Positions 8,382-17,576 of a stretch of 50,847 nucleotides of DNA are shown here, one piece after another; position 1 is the first letter of the stretch; every line of letters begins with the position of its first letter. A program made the translations under genes and the position numbers. The notes below the pieces were generated by a model. It ran no database searches. It was not told the origin of the DNA and saw only the letters and a program-made list of their open reading frames with translations. Origin of the DNA: a virus (Duplodnaviria > Caudoviricetes). The stretch covers positions 1 through 50,847 of the IMG/VR virus record IMGVR_UViG_3300017747_005287; one strand, given 5' to 3'.

Positions 8382-8654
8382 ATGGTATTTGGATGGATTA
8401 TGGTTGCTCTCTGGGCAGCTACTATAGTAGGTTGGATTATTTACAACCTTTATCAAAAGAACATTAGACTTGAAAACACTGTAATTAGCCAAGCTAATTT
8501 TATTGCAGGGCTTCAGGGCTTGATTGGAGAGTCTGAAAAAGCTGTGAAGAATCTAGACGATAAGATTTGGTTAGAGAGTGATAAAGAATTACAACAGGTT
8601 TTCTTTAATTTAAAAGCAATCCAAGACGGATTAAACCAATTTAATAAGCGATAA
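8382..8654 (+). CDS. Membrane-anchored coiled-coil protein
   Basis: N-terminal TM helix then heptad-like region. Confidence 0.7.
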   Translation: MVFGWIMVALWAATIVGWIIYNLYQKNIRLENTVISQANFIAGLQGLIGESEKAVKNLDDKIWLESDKELQQVFFNLKAIQDGLNQFNKR

Positions 8655-9427
8655 TGGTAGAAGATATTTTTAAACCAGAAGAAATAGAGGTTACGCTTAC
8701 TAAAGACGGTAAAGTTAGAAAAAGAAGACCGAAGAAATCAGTCGATTATTTTACCTTAGATACTCAGCAAGCTATTCTCGATTACAGAAAAGAGACTTCG
8801 CAGGCTAAAAGAGATGAGATTTTTAATCAGAAGATCTATTATGCTTTCTATAAACTTGCTGAAAATATCATTCATACTTTCAAGTTCTACTATACCGAAG
8901 TCGATAATATTGATGAATTAAAGCATGAAGTAATTGCTTTCTTGCTAGAAAAATTACATCTATATAACCAAGAGAAAGGTAAAGCATATTCATACTTCGG
9001 TACTATAGCAAAGAGGTATCTGATTGTTTATAATAACAATAACCATAAAAGACTTAAAACTAGAGCTCCTGTAGACGACGTAGAAACGGATAAAACTCTT
9101 ACCAATGAATTATTACTATCTAGACCAGATGATTTAGAGCAAACTAGTTTTATCGATCTCTTTATAAAGAGAATAGATGAGGATCTTTTAGATCTTTTTC
9201 CAAAACCTCAAGAGGCTAGAGTAGGTGATGCAATTTTAGAACTCTTTAAACGAAGAGAGAATATAGATATCTTTAATAAAAAAGCTCTCTTTATCTACAT
9301 AAAAGAGATTACAGATGCACCTACTCCAGTGATTACCAAAGTTATAAAGACCCTTAAAGAGATCTATAAGGATATGTTGAATAAATATTTAGAGCAAGGA
9401 ACAAAAATAGACATTTTTTCATGCTAG
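8654..9427 (+). CDS. gp55: Phage sigma factor for late transcription (T4 gp55-like)
   Basis: Sigma region 2-like ..KLAENII...DELKHE...KAYSYFGTIAKRYLI; position just before structural genes. Confidence 0.7.
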   Translation: MVEDIFKPEEIEVTLTKDGKVRKRRPKKSVDYFTLDTQQAILDYRKETSQAKRDEIFNQKIYYAFYKLAENIIHTFKFYYTEVDNIDELKHEVIAFLLEKLHLYNQEKGKAYSYFGTIAKRYLIVYNNNNHKRLKTRAPVDDVETDKTLTNELLLSRPDDLEQTSFIDLFIKRIDEDLLDLFPKPQEARVGDAILELFKRRENIDIFNKKALFIYIKEITDAPTPVITKVIKTLKEIYKDMLNKYLEQGTKIDIFSC

Positions 9428-9428
9428 A

Positions 9429-9435
9429 TATTTAT
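9429..9435 (+). promoter_or_regulatory. TATTTAT motif (putative late promoter)
   Basis: Starts the baseplate operon. Confidence 0.6.
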
Positions 9436-9448
9436 TTAAAAGATTCTT

Positions 9449-9814
9449 ATGAGTTTAGATTTCGATTTATACGACGGAAAGAAATATTCCGACCTTGTCA
9501 AAGATATTGTTAAGAATCATAAAGCTAAGCAAAGCCAGATTAAAGCCCTAACCGATCAGTTAGTCGAGATGGTTAGCGAACCTGGTGATGCTGTAGTTAT
9601 TGTACCTCTTATTAAGGGTTACCTAGATTCTGATATTAAGAACGACGAAGCCTTAGTTAAATTAGCTCAAATTCTTCAAAAAGCCAGTCAAGCTGAAGCA
9701 GGTGCAGATGGAGTCTTTAGTGATAAAGACTTAGAGATGTTATTTAGTGATATTCAAAAAACAACTACACCTCTAAAAGAAGAAGAAGTTAAGCAGCTGC
9801 CAGAAAGTAAATAA
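9449..9814 (+). CDS. Hypothetical helical protein
   Basis: 121 aa ORF after late motif. Confidence 0.75.
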   Translation: MSLDFDLYDGKKYSDLVKDIVKNHKAKQSQIKALTDQLVEMVSEPGDAVVIVPLIKGYLDSDIKNDEALVKLAQILQKASQAEAGADGVFSDKDLEMLFSDIQKTTTPLKEEEVKQLPESK

Positions 9815-9815
9815 T

Positions 9816-10769
9816 ATGGCAAATTTTAATCCAACATATGCTCAGCAATTACAGAGCCAGACGCAATCGCCGCAAGGAGGATCGCAGTTCAACTATCTTA
9901 TTGCACGAGTAACGCATATTGTTCAGGGACCTTTTTATATAGGCACAAACGTTCCAGACCCTTACTACAACGATCCTTCTGACTTAGGTAAAATCACTTT
10001 TCAAATGTTACCTGGACTTCAAGACAGAACTCTAACTAGTGCCGGTAATCAGGTAGCAAGGCCTATAAATTCAGCTATTAAACAATATCCAGTAGAGGGA
10101 GAAATAGTACTCCTATTTCCAGGACCTTCAAGGGATATGAATGAAGATAGAGATCGTAGAGATATTTTTTATACAGCACCTTACAACGTATGGGGCTTCG
10201 CTAATCATAATGCCTTTCCTGATCTTGGAGATTATGGAGCTTATATTGGGGCAATAAATCGTAATTATCAAGATAGTACAGATACTAACCAACCTGTAAA
10301 TACATCTGCAACCGGATCCTTAAATATGCCTTTAGGCCCGAATTTTGTAGAGAAGAGTAATATAAAAGCTCTTAAACAATTTACAGGAGACGTCACTGTT
10401 GAAGGAAGATGGGGTAATTCAATAAGATTTAGTTCTACAAACCCTGTACCGGCAGATCAAAATACATGGTCAAAAAATAGTACTCCTGGAAATCCGATTA
10501 CTATAATAAGAAACGGACAAGGTAGAACTACAGATACGCTCCCATGGATCCCTACAGTAGAGAATATAAATACTGATCCTTCTTCAATCTATTTGACACA
10601 AGGACAGCAGATAGTTATCGACGATATAAACAATAATTTTAGTTTAGCAAGCCTTGACGTAGTGTTTGCTCGATCATACACTGTTTCTGTACCTATACAG
10701 CAGCAATTAACAAGTACTGCTAATATCTCTGCTCAAGAACAAGATCAAATCATATCTAATCAGGGTTAG
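9816..10769 (+). CDS. Baseplate hub/spike protein, gp5 N-terminal (OB-fold)-like
   Basis: YPVEGEIVLL and GDVTVEGRWGNSIRF motifs; upstream of gp25/gp6. Confidence 0.6.
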   Translation: MANFNPTYAQQLQSQTQSPQGGSQFNYLIARVTHIVQGPFYIGTNVPDPYYNDPSDLGKITFQMLPGLQDRTLTSAGNQVARPINSAIKQYPVEGEIVLLFPGPSRDMNEDRDRRDIFYTAPYNVWGFANHNAFPDLGDYGAYIGAINRNYQDSTDTNQPVNTSATGSLNMPLGPNFVEKSNIKALKQFTGDVTVEGRWGNSIRFSSTNPVPADQNTWSKNSTPGNPITIIRNGQGRTTDTLPWIPTVENINTDPSSIYLTQGQQIVIDDINNNFSLASLDVVFARSYTVSVPIQQQLTSTANISAQEQDQIISNQG

Positions 10770-10770
10770 G

Positions 10771-11199
10771 ATGTATCAACCACAATTTCCATATCTAGGT
10801 AACCAAGTCATTATAACTTCAGGAAGAGTTACACATCACTCCTACGACGATTTTATTTTTTTATTTGGAAAAAAAGGCGTTGCAATATCATCTCCTGCAA
10901 CATTTACTGTTGATGCAAATGAAAAAACTACAATAGCGTCTCCAAAAATTGAATTAGGATTTAGTGCATTAAGAGTAGGTGAACCAGTACTACTAGGAAC
11001 TAGTACAGCTATTCAATTAGGGTTCCTGATAGATGCATTAGTTAATCTCGGTGCTGCACTGCAGGAGATGTCAGCTGAAGAACTCGAAACTGCAATACCT
11101 AGAATAGTTAATACAAGTAAGGTATTGCAAGGAATAGGCAATAGAGTTAAAGCTCAATTAAATTCTACATGTCTCTCTAAAAATACTTTTACTAGATAA
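10771..11199 (+). CDS. Baseplate spike C-terminal-like protein
   Basis: Short beta-rich repeats (QVIITSGRV..., PKIELG...EPVLLG) directly after the gp5-like gene. Confidence 0.5.
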   Translation: MYQPQFPYLGNQVIITSGRVTHHSYDDFIFLFGKKGVAISSPATFTVDANEKTTIASPKIELGFSALRVGEPVLLGTSTAIQLGFLIDALVNLGAALQEMSAEELETAIPRIVNTSKVLQGIGNRVKAQLNSTCLSKNTFTR

Positions 11200-13331
11200 T
11201 GGCAAGAAATAAACTAGCAAGAGGTATTGAGAGGATAGTTAGAATCGCCTCTAAAGGACTTGGAGACCTACAGATAGGTGTAGATAAAGTTCTATGGGGT
11301 AATCCAGTGCCCCAAAACGATAGAAGAAGATCTGAAGCACGCTATGGAAATAAACCTGCAAGAGAACCTAGAAACTATACGACTAGAACCGTACCCCTTC
11401 CTTCAGCCAGAGCTGACGTACAAACAGGAGCAGGGTTTGCTAGTACTGGACTCCCACCAGGAGTTGCTGCTACACCGAATGTAGCAACATATCAATTTCA
11501 ATCTGTTCTAGGGCCTAATGATACGCCTCCTGATAATATACAAGATACTATCGTAACAACAAGAAGTCAACCGTCAAAACAGATAGAATACAGGGAGGTA
11601 CCTACTACAGCAGCAAGACCGAAAATCGGAGAGAAACTTATCCAGACCGGATTGTTTAGTGCTTTAGACGCTTTAAACTCTGTAGATCTATGTAACGTCG
11701 TCGCGTATGCATACGATAATATAAACATAAAACGGCAACCTAGACCTGAAAGAAGTACATGGACACCTACTCAAGTTGCCTTTTACACATTACAAGACCA
11801 AGCAGGGTTAGTAGTAACAGCAATAGATAAGTATACAGCTTACCCTAATGTCTTTATAGGATCCTACCTCGGGGTAGGCCCTAACGCTGTACCCCCTCAG
11901 CAGGCCGTCTCACAATCCAATGCCCCTGCTGAAGGCGGAACCCCTGTATCAAAGTACAACATGTATTACCTACTAAAAGGCATTGGAGAAGTTTTTAGTT
12001 TTAATACAAATACAACAGGCTCTCTATTTACATCACAAGATGCAATAGTACTACAGGAGGTTCCCGGACTTGGTTCAAATTTAAATTTCGTAAATGATTT
12101 TTTAGGGGATGTAAACAAGTATTCAGATTTTAATCAAATCTCTACACCTGAACTTTTAGCCTTGCAGAATAAAATCGGGAGACTTAGAGCCGTATGTACA
12201 ACCATCCAAAATCTAAACTTCAAGAGCGCAGTAAATTTAGCAGGAAACTTCGTAGGAGTTGATATTAGAAGTCAAATACAGAGATTAAGCGAGTTTGTAG
12301 ATGTGACTAGAATAATACCAACATTAAAAGAAATAAATGACGGGATAAGAACTTTTATTAGACAGGCAAATAAAGTACAGAAGGTAATCGAATCCGGTCA
12401 GAATATAATTAAATTTGCTATAATACTCGTAAAAGTATTTAAGTTCATACTTTATTTTTTCGGTATACTACCAATACCGAGCTTTTTCCTTACCGCCGGT
12501 GCTCAAACAAAAATACAAGATGCAAAAAATGCTGCCAAAGATGAGTCTGATGGTATAGTAAGAGTTTTGAGATCTATAAACGCGCTCTTGAGTGTTGCTA
12601 CAAGCTTTATACGTTACATCTTAGTCAATGCAAATGAATTATTAAGACGTTTAGATATACTACTTTTAAATTTACAAGTATGTGATGCGTTTAAGGATTC
12701 TGATATATTAAGTGAGTTACAGGGAACTAGAAAAGATTTAAATGGTCTACTAGATCAGTTAGCAACCTATGTTATAGATTACGATTCAAAAACAGACCCT
12801 GATACTGCCCTGTTTGGAATCTATCAAATAAGGGTTATAGATGAAGAAGTCGTTGATTTATCTATAGAAAATAAGAGAAGGAGAGGGGTTGCATTAGATC
12901 CAAGAGGTATTATAGTAGCGCAATCAGATTTAACCTTTGCTACTAACCAAGAAGTAATCATTGGAGAAGTTAAACAGCTGCTTGTATCACTCGGTCTTGT
13001 TCGCCCTGAGTTAGCATCAATCGACGGCGACACCTTAGCAGTAATAAGTGAATCCTTAAATTACTTAAGCAATAATGACATACTAGAAGATGATCTAAAT
13101 ATATCTGCTACTTTGCTCGATTCTCCAGACAATCTAAATGAGAATAAAGGACTAGGTTTAAATGCTTTTATTAATAACCTAAAAGGAGGTAGAAAACTAA
13201 GACAAAGAACAAGGAAAGCTTTAGCGGAACAAAAAGCTCAGTTGGGTAGTGAACTAGGCACTACTAGAACAAATGCAACTCAAGCCTTTACCGGACAAGC
13301 AGCTCAAAGAACATCAAATGTATCTAGATAG
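11199..13331 (+). CDS. Large hypothetical protein in baseplate cluster
   Basis: 710 aa, helical, hydrophobic segment IIKFAIILVKVFKFILYFFGILPIP. Confidence 0.8.
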   Translation: MARNKLARGIERIVRIASKGLGDLQIGVDKVLWGNPVPQNDRRRSEARYGNKPAREPRNYTTRTVPLPSARADVQTGAGFASTGLPPGVAATPNVATYQFQSVLGPNDTPPDNIQDTIVTTRSQPSKQIEYREVPTTAARPKIGEKLIQTGLFSALDALNSVDLCNVVAYAYDNINIKRQPRPERSTWTPTQVAFYTLQDQAGLVVTAIDKYTAYPNVFIGSYLGVGPNAVPPQQAVSQSNAPAEGGTPVSKYNMYYLLKGIGEVFSFNTNTTGSLFTSQDAIVLQEVPGLGSNLNFVNDFLGDVNKYSDFNQISTPELLALQNKIGRLRAVCTTIQNLNFKSAVNLAGNFVGVDIRSQIQRLSEFVDVTRIIPTLKEINDGIRTFIRQANKVQKVIESGQNIIKFAIILVKVFKFILYFFGILPIPSFFLTAGAQTKIQDAKNAAKDESDGIVRVLRSINALLSVATSFIRYILVNANELLRRLDILLLNLQVCDAFKDSDILSELQGTRKDLNGLLDQLATYVIDYDSKTDPDTALFGIYQIRVIDEEVVDLSIENKRRRGVALDPRGIIVAQSDLTFATNQEVIIGEVKQLLVSLGLVRPELASIDGDTLAVISESLNYLSNNDILEDDLNISATLLDSPDNLNENKGLGLNAFINNLKGGRKLRQRTRKALAEQKAQLGSELGTTRTNATQAFTGQAAQRTSNVSR

Positions 13332-13352
13332 CAATAAAATTCACAACAAATA

Positions 13353-13359
13353 TATTTAT
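13353..13359 (+). promoter_or_regulatory. TATTTAT motif (putative late promoter)
   Basis: 5 nt before ATG 13365. Confidence 0.6.
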
Positions 13360-13364
13360 AACAT

Positions 13365-13799
13365 ATGGCAAAACTAGACTTACTTAGGAAATTAATTCGA
13401 GAAGAGGTTAGAGCTGTTTTTCAGGAAGAATTAGCAGGTATCCTGAAAGAAGCAGTTATATCTAATCGTTCACAACAGCCTATAGCTGAAACAGTTAAGC
13501 AAAAATCAAGCGTTCCAGCAACGTTAAATAAACAAGCCCCGAAACTAGTTCCCCCGGTATTAAGCGGAAATAATCCCCTAAATAGCCTCCTTGCGGAAAC
13601 TGCAATGACTATGACACCGAAAGATTTTGAAGGAATCGGAAATATTTCAGCAACAACTACCGACGTTCCGGTAGTAGATTCAATGGGCGGTATGTTTGCT
13701 TCTGCAAGAAGGAGCTCAAATCTAGACGCTATAGAAATTAACGCTGTTCCGGATTTCACAGGTATAATGGCTAAAATGCAAGCTAACGGAGAAGTATAA
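13365..13799 (+). CDS. Hypothetical virion-associated protein
   Basis: MAKLDLLRKLIREEV...ELAGILKE leader. Confidence 0.75.
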   Translation: MAKLDLLRKLIREEVRAVFQEELAGILKEAVISNRSQQPIAETVKQKSSVPATLNKQAPKLVPPVLSGNNPLNSLLAETAMTMTPKDFEGIGNISATTTDVPVVDSMGGMFASARRSSNLDAIEINAVPDFTGIMAKMQANGEV

Positions 13800-14209
13800 T
13801 GGCATACAATCTCAGAAATATAAACGTCTTAGACTTACGTCCTTCAACAGGAATAGGGGTAGCTTTACCTTTTAATGCACCGGGAGTATTTAGGACAGTT
13901 TATACAACCAGAGAGCAGTTAAAATATAACATTATAAATTTTTTACTTACTGATCAAAGAGAAAGGATTTTTAATCCTAGTTTTGGAGCTAACATAAGAA
14001 GTAAGCTATTTGAACAAATAACTACTGAAACTTTAAATGAATTAGATTCTTTGATTAGAGATGGAATCCAACGTTACTTTCCAAACGTTATAATTACAGA
14101 ACTAGTTTTCGGAGGGAACCCGGATGAAAACTTTTTAAAAGTACAGTTTTCGTATAAAATAAACAACACTGGTGAATCAGACATTGTAATATTAAGTTTA
14201 AATGGCTAA
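13799..14209 (+). CDS. gp25: Baseplate wedge subunit (gp25-like)
   Basis: QLKYNIINFLLTDQRERIFNPSFGANIRSKLFE is a classic GPW/gp25 motif. Confidence 0.9.
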   Translation: MAYNLRNINVLDLRPSTGIGVALPFNAPGVFRTVYTTREQLKYNIINFLLTDQRERIFNPSFGANIRSKLFEQITTETLNELDSLIRDGIQRYFPNVIITELVFGGNPDENFLKVQFSYKINNTGESDIVILSLNG

Positions 14210-16067
14210 CAAGAATATAACATATCTAAACAAAGACTTTACTACATTTAAAAATGCTCTGATCGAGTATGCAAAAACGTACTACCCTAATTCCTATAAC
14301 GATTTCTCAACCTCTTCTCCTGGTACCATGTTTATTGACATGGCCTCTTATGTAGGAGACGTTTTATCATTTTACCTAGATAATCAGACTCAAGAAACTT
14401 TCCTTGAATACGCAAAACAGACTAATAACCTCTACGCCCTAGCGTACATGCTAGGATACAGACCGAAAGTAACCTCTGCAGCTATCGTTACCCTCGACGT
14501 ATACCAACAAGTACCAGCATCCGGCTCCAGCGGTCAATACCCAGACTTTAACTATGCAATGATTATCGAAGAAGGAATGCAAGTTAGATCGAATATAAAC
14601 ACTGCTAATTTTTTCTACTGTCCAAATAGAATCGATTTCAATCTTTCATCATCTATAGACCCTACAGAGATTTCTGTATATACCACTTCAGGAGGCAACC
14701 CGAATACTTATTTACTTAAAAAGAAAACTCAAGCTATTTCCGGACAAGTCAAATCTACTACTTTAAATTTCGGGACTCCTGAAAGATTTCCGATAAGAAC
14801 AATACAGGACGATAACATTATCGAGATATTACAGGTGATAGATGATATTTCAGGTTATAGATGGTACGAAGTCCCGTATCTAGCTCAAGATTATATTTTG
14901 AAGCCTGTAGCTAATACTGCACTTGCATATCCACAACTCTATCAAGAAGCAAATCAAGTCCCTTATATTCTAGAAAGAATAGAAACGCCCTTCCGCTTTG
15001 TATCTAGATTTAATACTCAAGTAACCTTACAGTTAGAGTTTGGCGCAGGAATACAAGCCGTATCCGGCTCAATCCCCAATCCTTTTAATGTAGGAATAGG
15101 TACAGTGAACGGTATAGATATGCTTAATACCGCTTATGACCCTACGAACTTTGTAACAAATATGTCTTACGGTATTGCTCCTTTTAACACAACTCTGACA
15201 GTACAGTACTTAGTAGGAGGAGGGGCTGTAGCAAATGTAGGTGTTAATGAACTAACAAATATTGTCACGTCAACAATATCATTCCCGAACCCTACAAACC
15301 CCACTATAGCCGCTACTATACAAAATACACTAGCAATAAACAATAGCGTACCGGCAGTCGGAGGAGGTGATGGCGATACCCCTGAAAGTTTAAAATTAAA
15401 TACTCTCGCCCAGTTCCCCTCCCAGATGCGTGCCGTAACTCAGCAAGATTATTTAGGTACAGTCTTAGGAATGCCTCCTAAGTTCGGACAGGTAGCTAAA
15501 GCTTACGTTACAAAAGACACAGCAACATTTGCAGAGTACCAAGTAGGACAGCCAGGAGAAAGAGATCCTCTTGCTACATCACTTTACCTGTTAGGATATA
15601 ACGTAGACGGTACCTTTACCGTTCCTGGAACTGCTTTGTTAAAAAATATACAAACCTATCTTGAGCAATATAGAATGCTTACAGATACAATTATTATCAA
15701 ACCTGGTTATATCATTAATATCCAAGTTAATTTTGATATTGTTATAAGACCAAATTATACATCAAGAGACGTTATTGCTGGATGTTTAACTTTGTTAAAA
15801 GCTTATTTTGCAAGAGAGAATTGGCAAATGAATCAACCAATCATTCTTTCTGAGATTTATACTCTTCTTGATCAAATACCAGGCGTTCAGACTGTACAGA
15901 AAATCACTATTAATAATATCGCAGGAACTAATGCCGGTTATTCTCAATACAGTTATGACATATCAGCAGCAACTCTGAACGGAGTTATTTACCCTTCACT
16001 TGATCCAAGCATCTTTGAAGTTAAATACCCCGATACAGATATTCAAGGACGTGTAGTAACATTCTAA
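14202..16067 (+). CDS. gp6: Baseplate wedge subunit (gp6-like)
   Basis: DF..FKNALIEY...MFIDMASYVGDVLSFYLD...LGYRP; GGGDGDT...RAVTQQDY. Confidence 0.88.
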   Translation: MANKNITYLNKDFTTFKNALIEYAKTYYPNSYNDFSTSSPGTMFIDMASYVGDVLSFYLDNQTQETFLEYAKQTNNLYALAYMLGYRPKVTSAAIVTLDVYQQVPASGSSGQYPDFNYAMIIEEGMQVRSNINTANFFYCPNRIDFNLSSSIDPTEISVYTTSGGNPNTYLLKKKTQAISGQVKSTTLNFGTPERFPIRTIQDDNIIEILQVIDDISGYRWYEVPYLAQDYILKPVANTALAYPQLYQEANQVPYILERIETPFRFVSRFNTQVTLQLEFGAGIQAVSGSIPNPFNVGIGTVNGIDMLNTAYDPTNFVTNMSYGIAPFNTTLTVQYLVGGGAVANVGVNELTNIVTSTISFPNPTNPTIAATIQNTLAINNSVPAVGGGDGDTPESLKLNTLAQFPSQMRAVTQQDYLGTVLGMPPKFGQVAKAYVTKDTATFAEYQVGQPGERDPLATSLYLLGYNVDGTFTVPGTALLKNIQTYLEQYRMLTDTIIIKPGYIINIQVNFDIVIRPNYTSRDVIAGCLTLLKAYFARENWQMNQPIILSEIYTLLDQIPGVQTVQKITINNIAGTNAGYSQYSYDISAATLNGVIYPSLDPSIFEVKYPDTDIQGRVVTF

Positions 16068-16071
16068 TAAT

Positions 16072-17229
16072 ATGGCAGTATATCAAATATTTACATCCGC
16101 AGACTCTACAATATACTCGCATTACCCGTCAAAAAATACGGGACGAGATCCTATTTTAGAAGTATCTGCTAAAAACTCTCAAGACGGAACAAGATTTCTT
16201 TATAGAAACGGCTTGACTGAAAACCCATATTACAACTACGACTTAGCTGCCGCAGGAAACTATACTACTACTGATGCTTATTTTTCTCAGCTAGATGTCA
16301 GAAGAGCTTTACTACAATTCTCTCCAGCTGATATTGCAAAACTAAAAACATTTGCATTAACAGCAGTAAGTGGATCTTGGGAAGCAAATCTAAGAATGTA
16401 TCTCGCTTCTGCACAAAATCTTAATACAACTTATTCGCTACAAGCCTATCCATTATCTCAATCGTGGGTAATGGGTACAGGACAGTATGCCCAGGTTCCT
16501 GAATCCAGAAACGGAGTGAGCTGGGAATATACAGGTCCTTATCAGAACTCTACTCCATGGACTGTTACAGGAAGTACGTATATAACTACATCTTCAGGCA
16601 GTCAGTTTTTTGATTATATGTCTAACAAAGACATAAACATGGATATTACAAGTGTAGTTGACAAATGGTTTAGCGGTTCAATTCCTAATTACGGAGTAGT
16701 AGTTAAGCATCCCGACGCTATAGAATTTAACACAGCCTCTTATGTAGACCTTAAATTCTTTTCAGTAGATACTCATACAATCTATCCTCCCAACATTGAA
16801 TTCAAGTGGGACGACGCTATCTACGGACCTACTGGATCTTACGGACTTGCAACAAATGATCAAATAACCATAGTATTACAAAACAATCCAGGACAGTTTA
16901 GGCAGAATGAAATATACAAAGTAAGAACAGGAGTGAGAGCTACTTATCCTGCACGTCAATTTACAACTTCTTCAGTCTACTTAACACAGCTCTATTTACC
17001 TTCTAGCAGCTTCTGGTCTTTGATGGATTATAAGACTAACGAGGTAGTGGTAGACTTTGATAGTAAATATACTAAACTAAGTGCCGATACTGAAAGTAAT
17101 TACTTTACTCTCTATACTAGCGGACTTGAAGTAAACAGGTTCTATAAAATTTTAATCAAAACAATTCTTCCCTCAGGTGAGGAAGTAATTTATACTAACG
17201 AAAACTTAATCTTTAAAGTAGTAGAATAA
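16072..17229 (+). CDS. Virion structural protein, DNRLRE/CBM96-like domain
   Basis: ADSTIYS.YPSKNTG, RALLQF, DITSVVDKW...NYG, FFSVDT...P. Confidence 0.6.
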   Translation: MAVYQIFTSADSTIYSHYPSKNTGRDPILEVSAKNSQDGTRFLYRNGLTENPYYNYDLAAAGNYTTTDAYFSQLDVRRALLQFSPADIAKLKTFALTAVSGSWEANLRMYLASAQNLNTTYSLQAYPLSQSWVMGTGQYAQVPESRNGVSWEYTGPYQNSTPWTVTGSTYITTSSGSQFFDYMSNKDINMDITSVVDKWFSGSIPNYGVVVKHPDAIEFNTASYVDLKFFSVDTHTIYPPNIEFKWDDAIYGPTGSYGLATNDQITIVLQNNPGQFRQNEIYKVRTGVRATYPARQFTTSSVYLTQLYLPSSSFWSLMDYKTNEVVVDFDSKYTKLSADTESNYFTLYTSGLEVNRFYKILIKTILPSGEEVIYTNENLIFKVVE

Positions 17230-17576
17230 TGACACAGGAAGTGAAGTTGGTTAAAGAAGTATACGGACGCAACACTTTCACTAGAGTGGTAGATACATCT
17301 TTTACAGAACTCTATACACCAGTAACCGCTTCTGTAGTTCCCGCCCAACAAATAACAGTAGACGAATTTTTTGACCTCTACAATGAACTATTTTTCGAAA
17401 TTCCCGCTACAGGGGAACTTAATTCACATGAATATCTTGTTGCAAGAAGTACAGAATATTTAGGTGGAGGAGTTTTAACTGATAATGAAAAGGCTTATAT
17501 TGAAGAGATCAACTCACTTCGCCAACAACTACTTGAAGCAAACGCAAACTTTTTAAGTCTGTCTAACACAGTATAA
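17229..17576 (+). CDS. Hypothetical baseplate-associated protein
   Basis: 115 aa ORF, stop/start overlaps on both sides. Confidence 0.75.
   Translation: MTQEVKLVKEVYGRNTFTRVVDTSFTELYTPVTASVVPAQQITVDEFFDLYNELFFEIPATGELNSHEYLVARSTEYLGGGVLTDNEKAYIEEINSLRQQLLEANANFLSLSNTV

Noticed and set aside
9449-9814. Terminase small subunit call for ORF 9449 (or 38468)
   Set aside because: Size and helicity fit but no diagnostic motif was recognised
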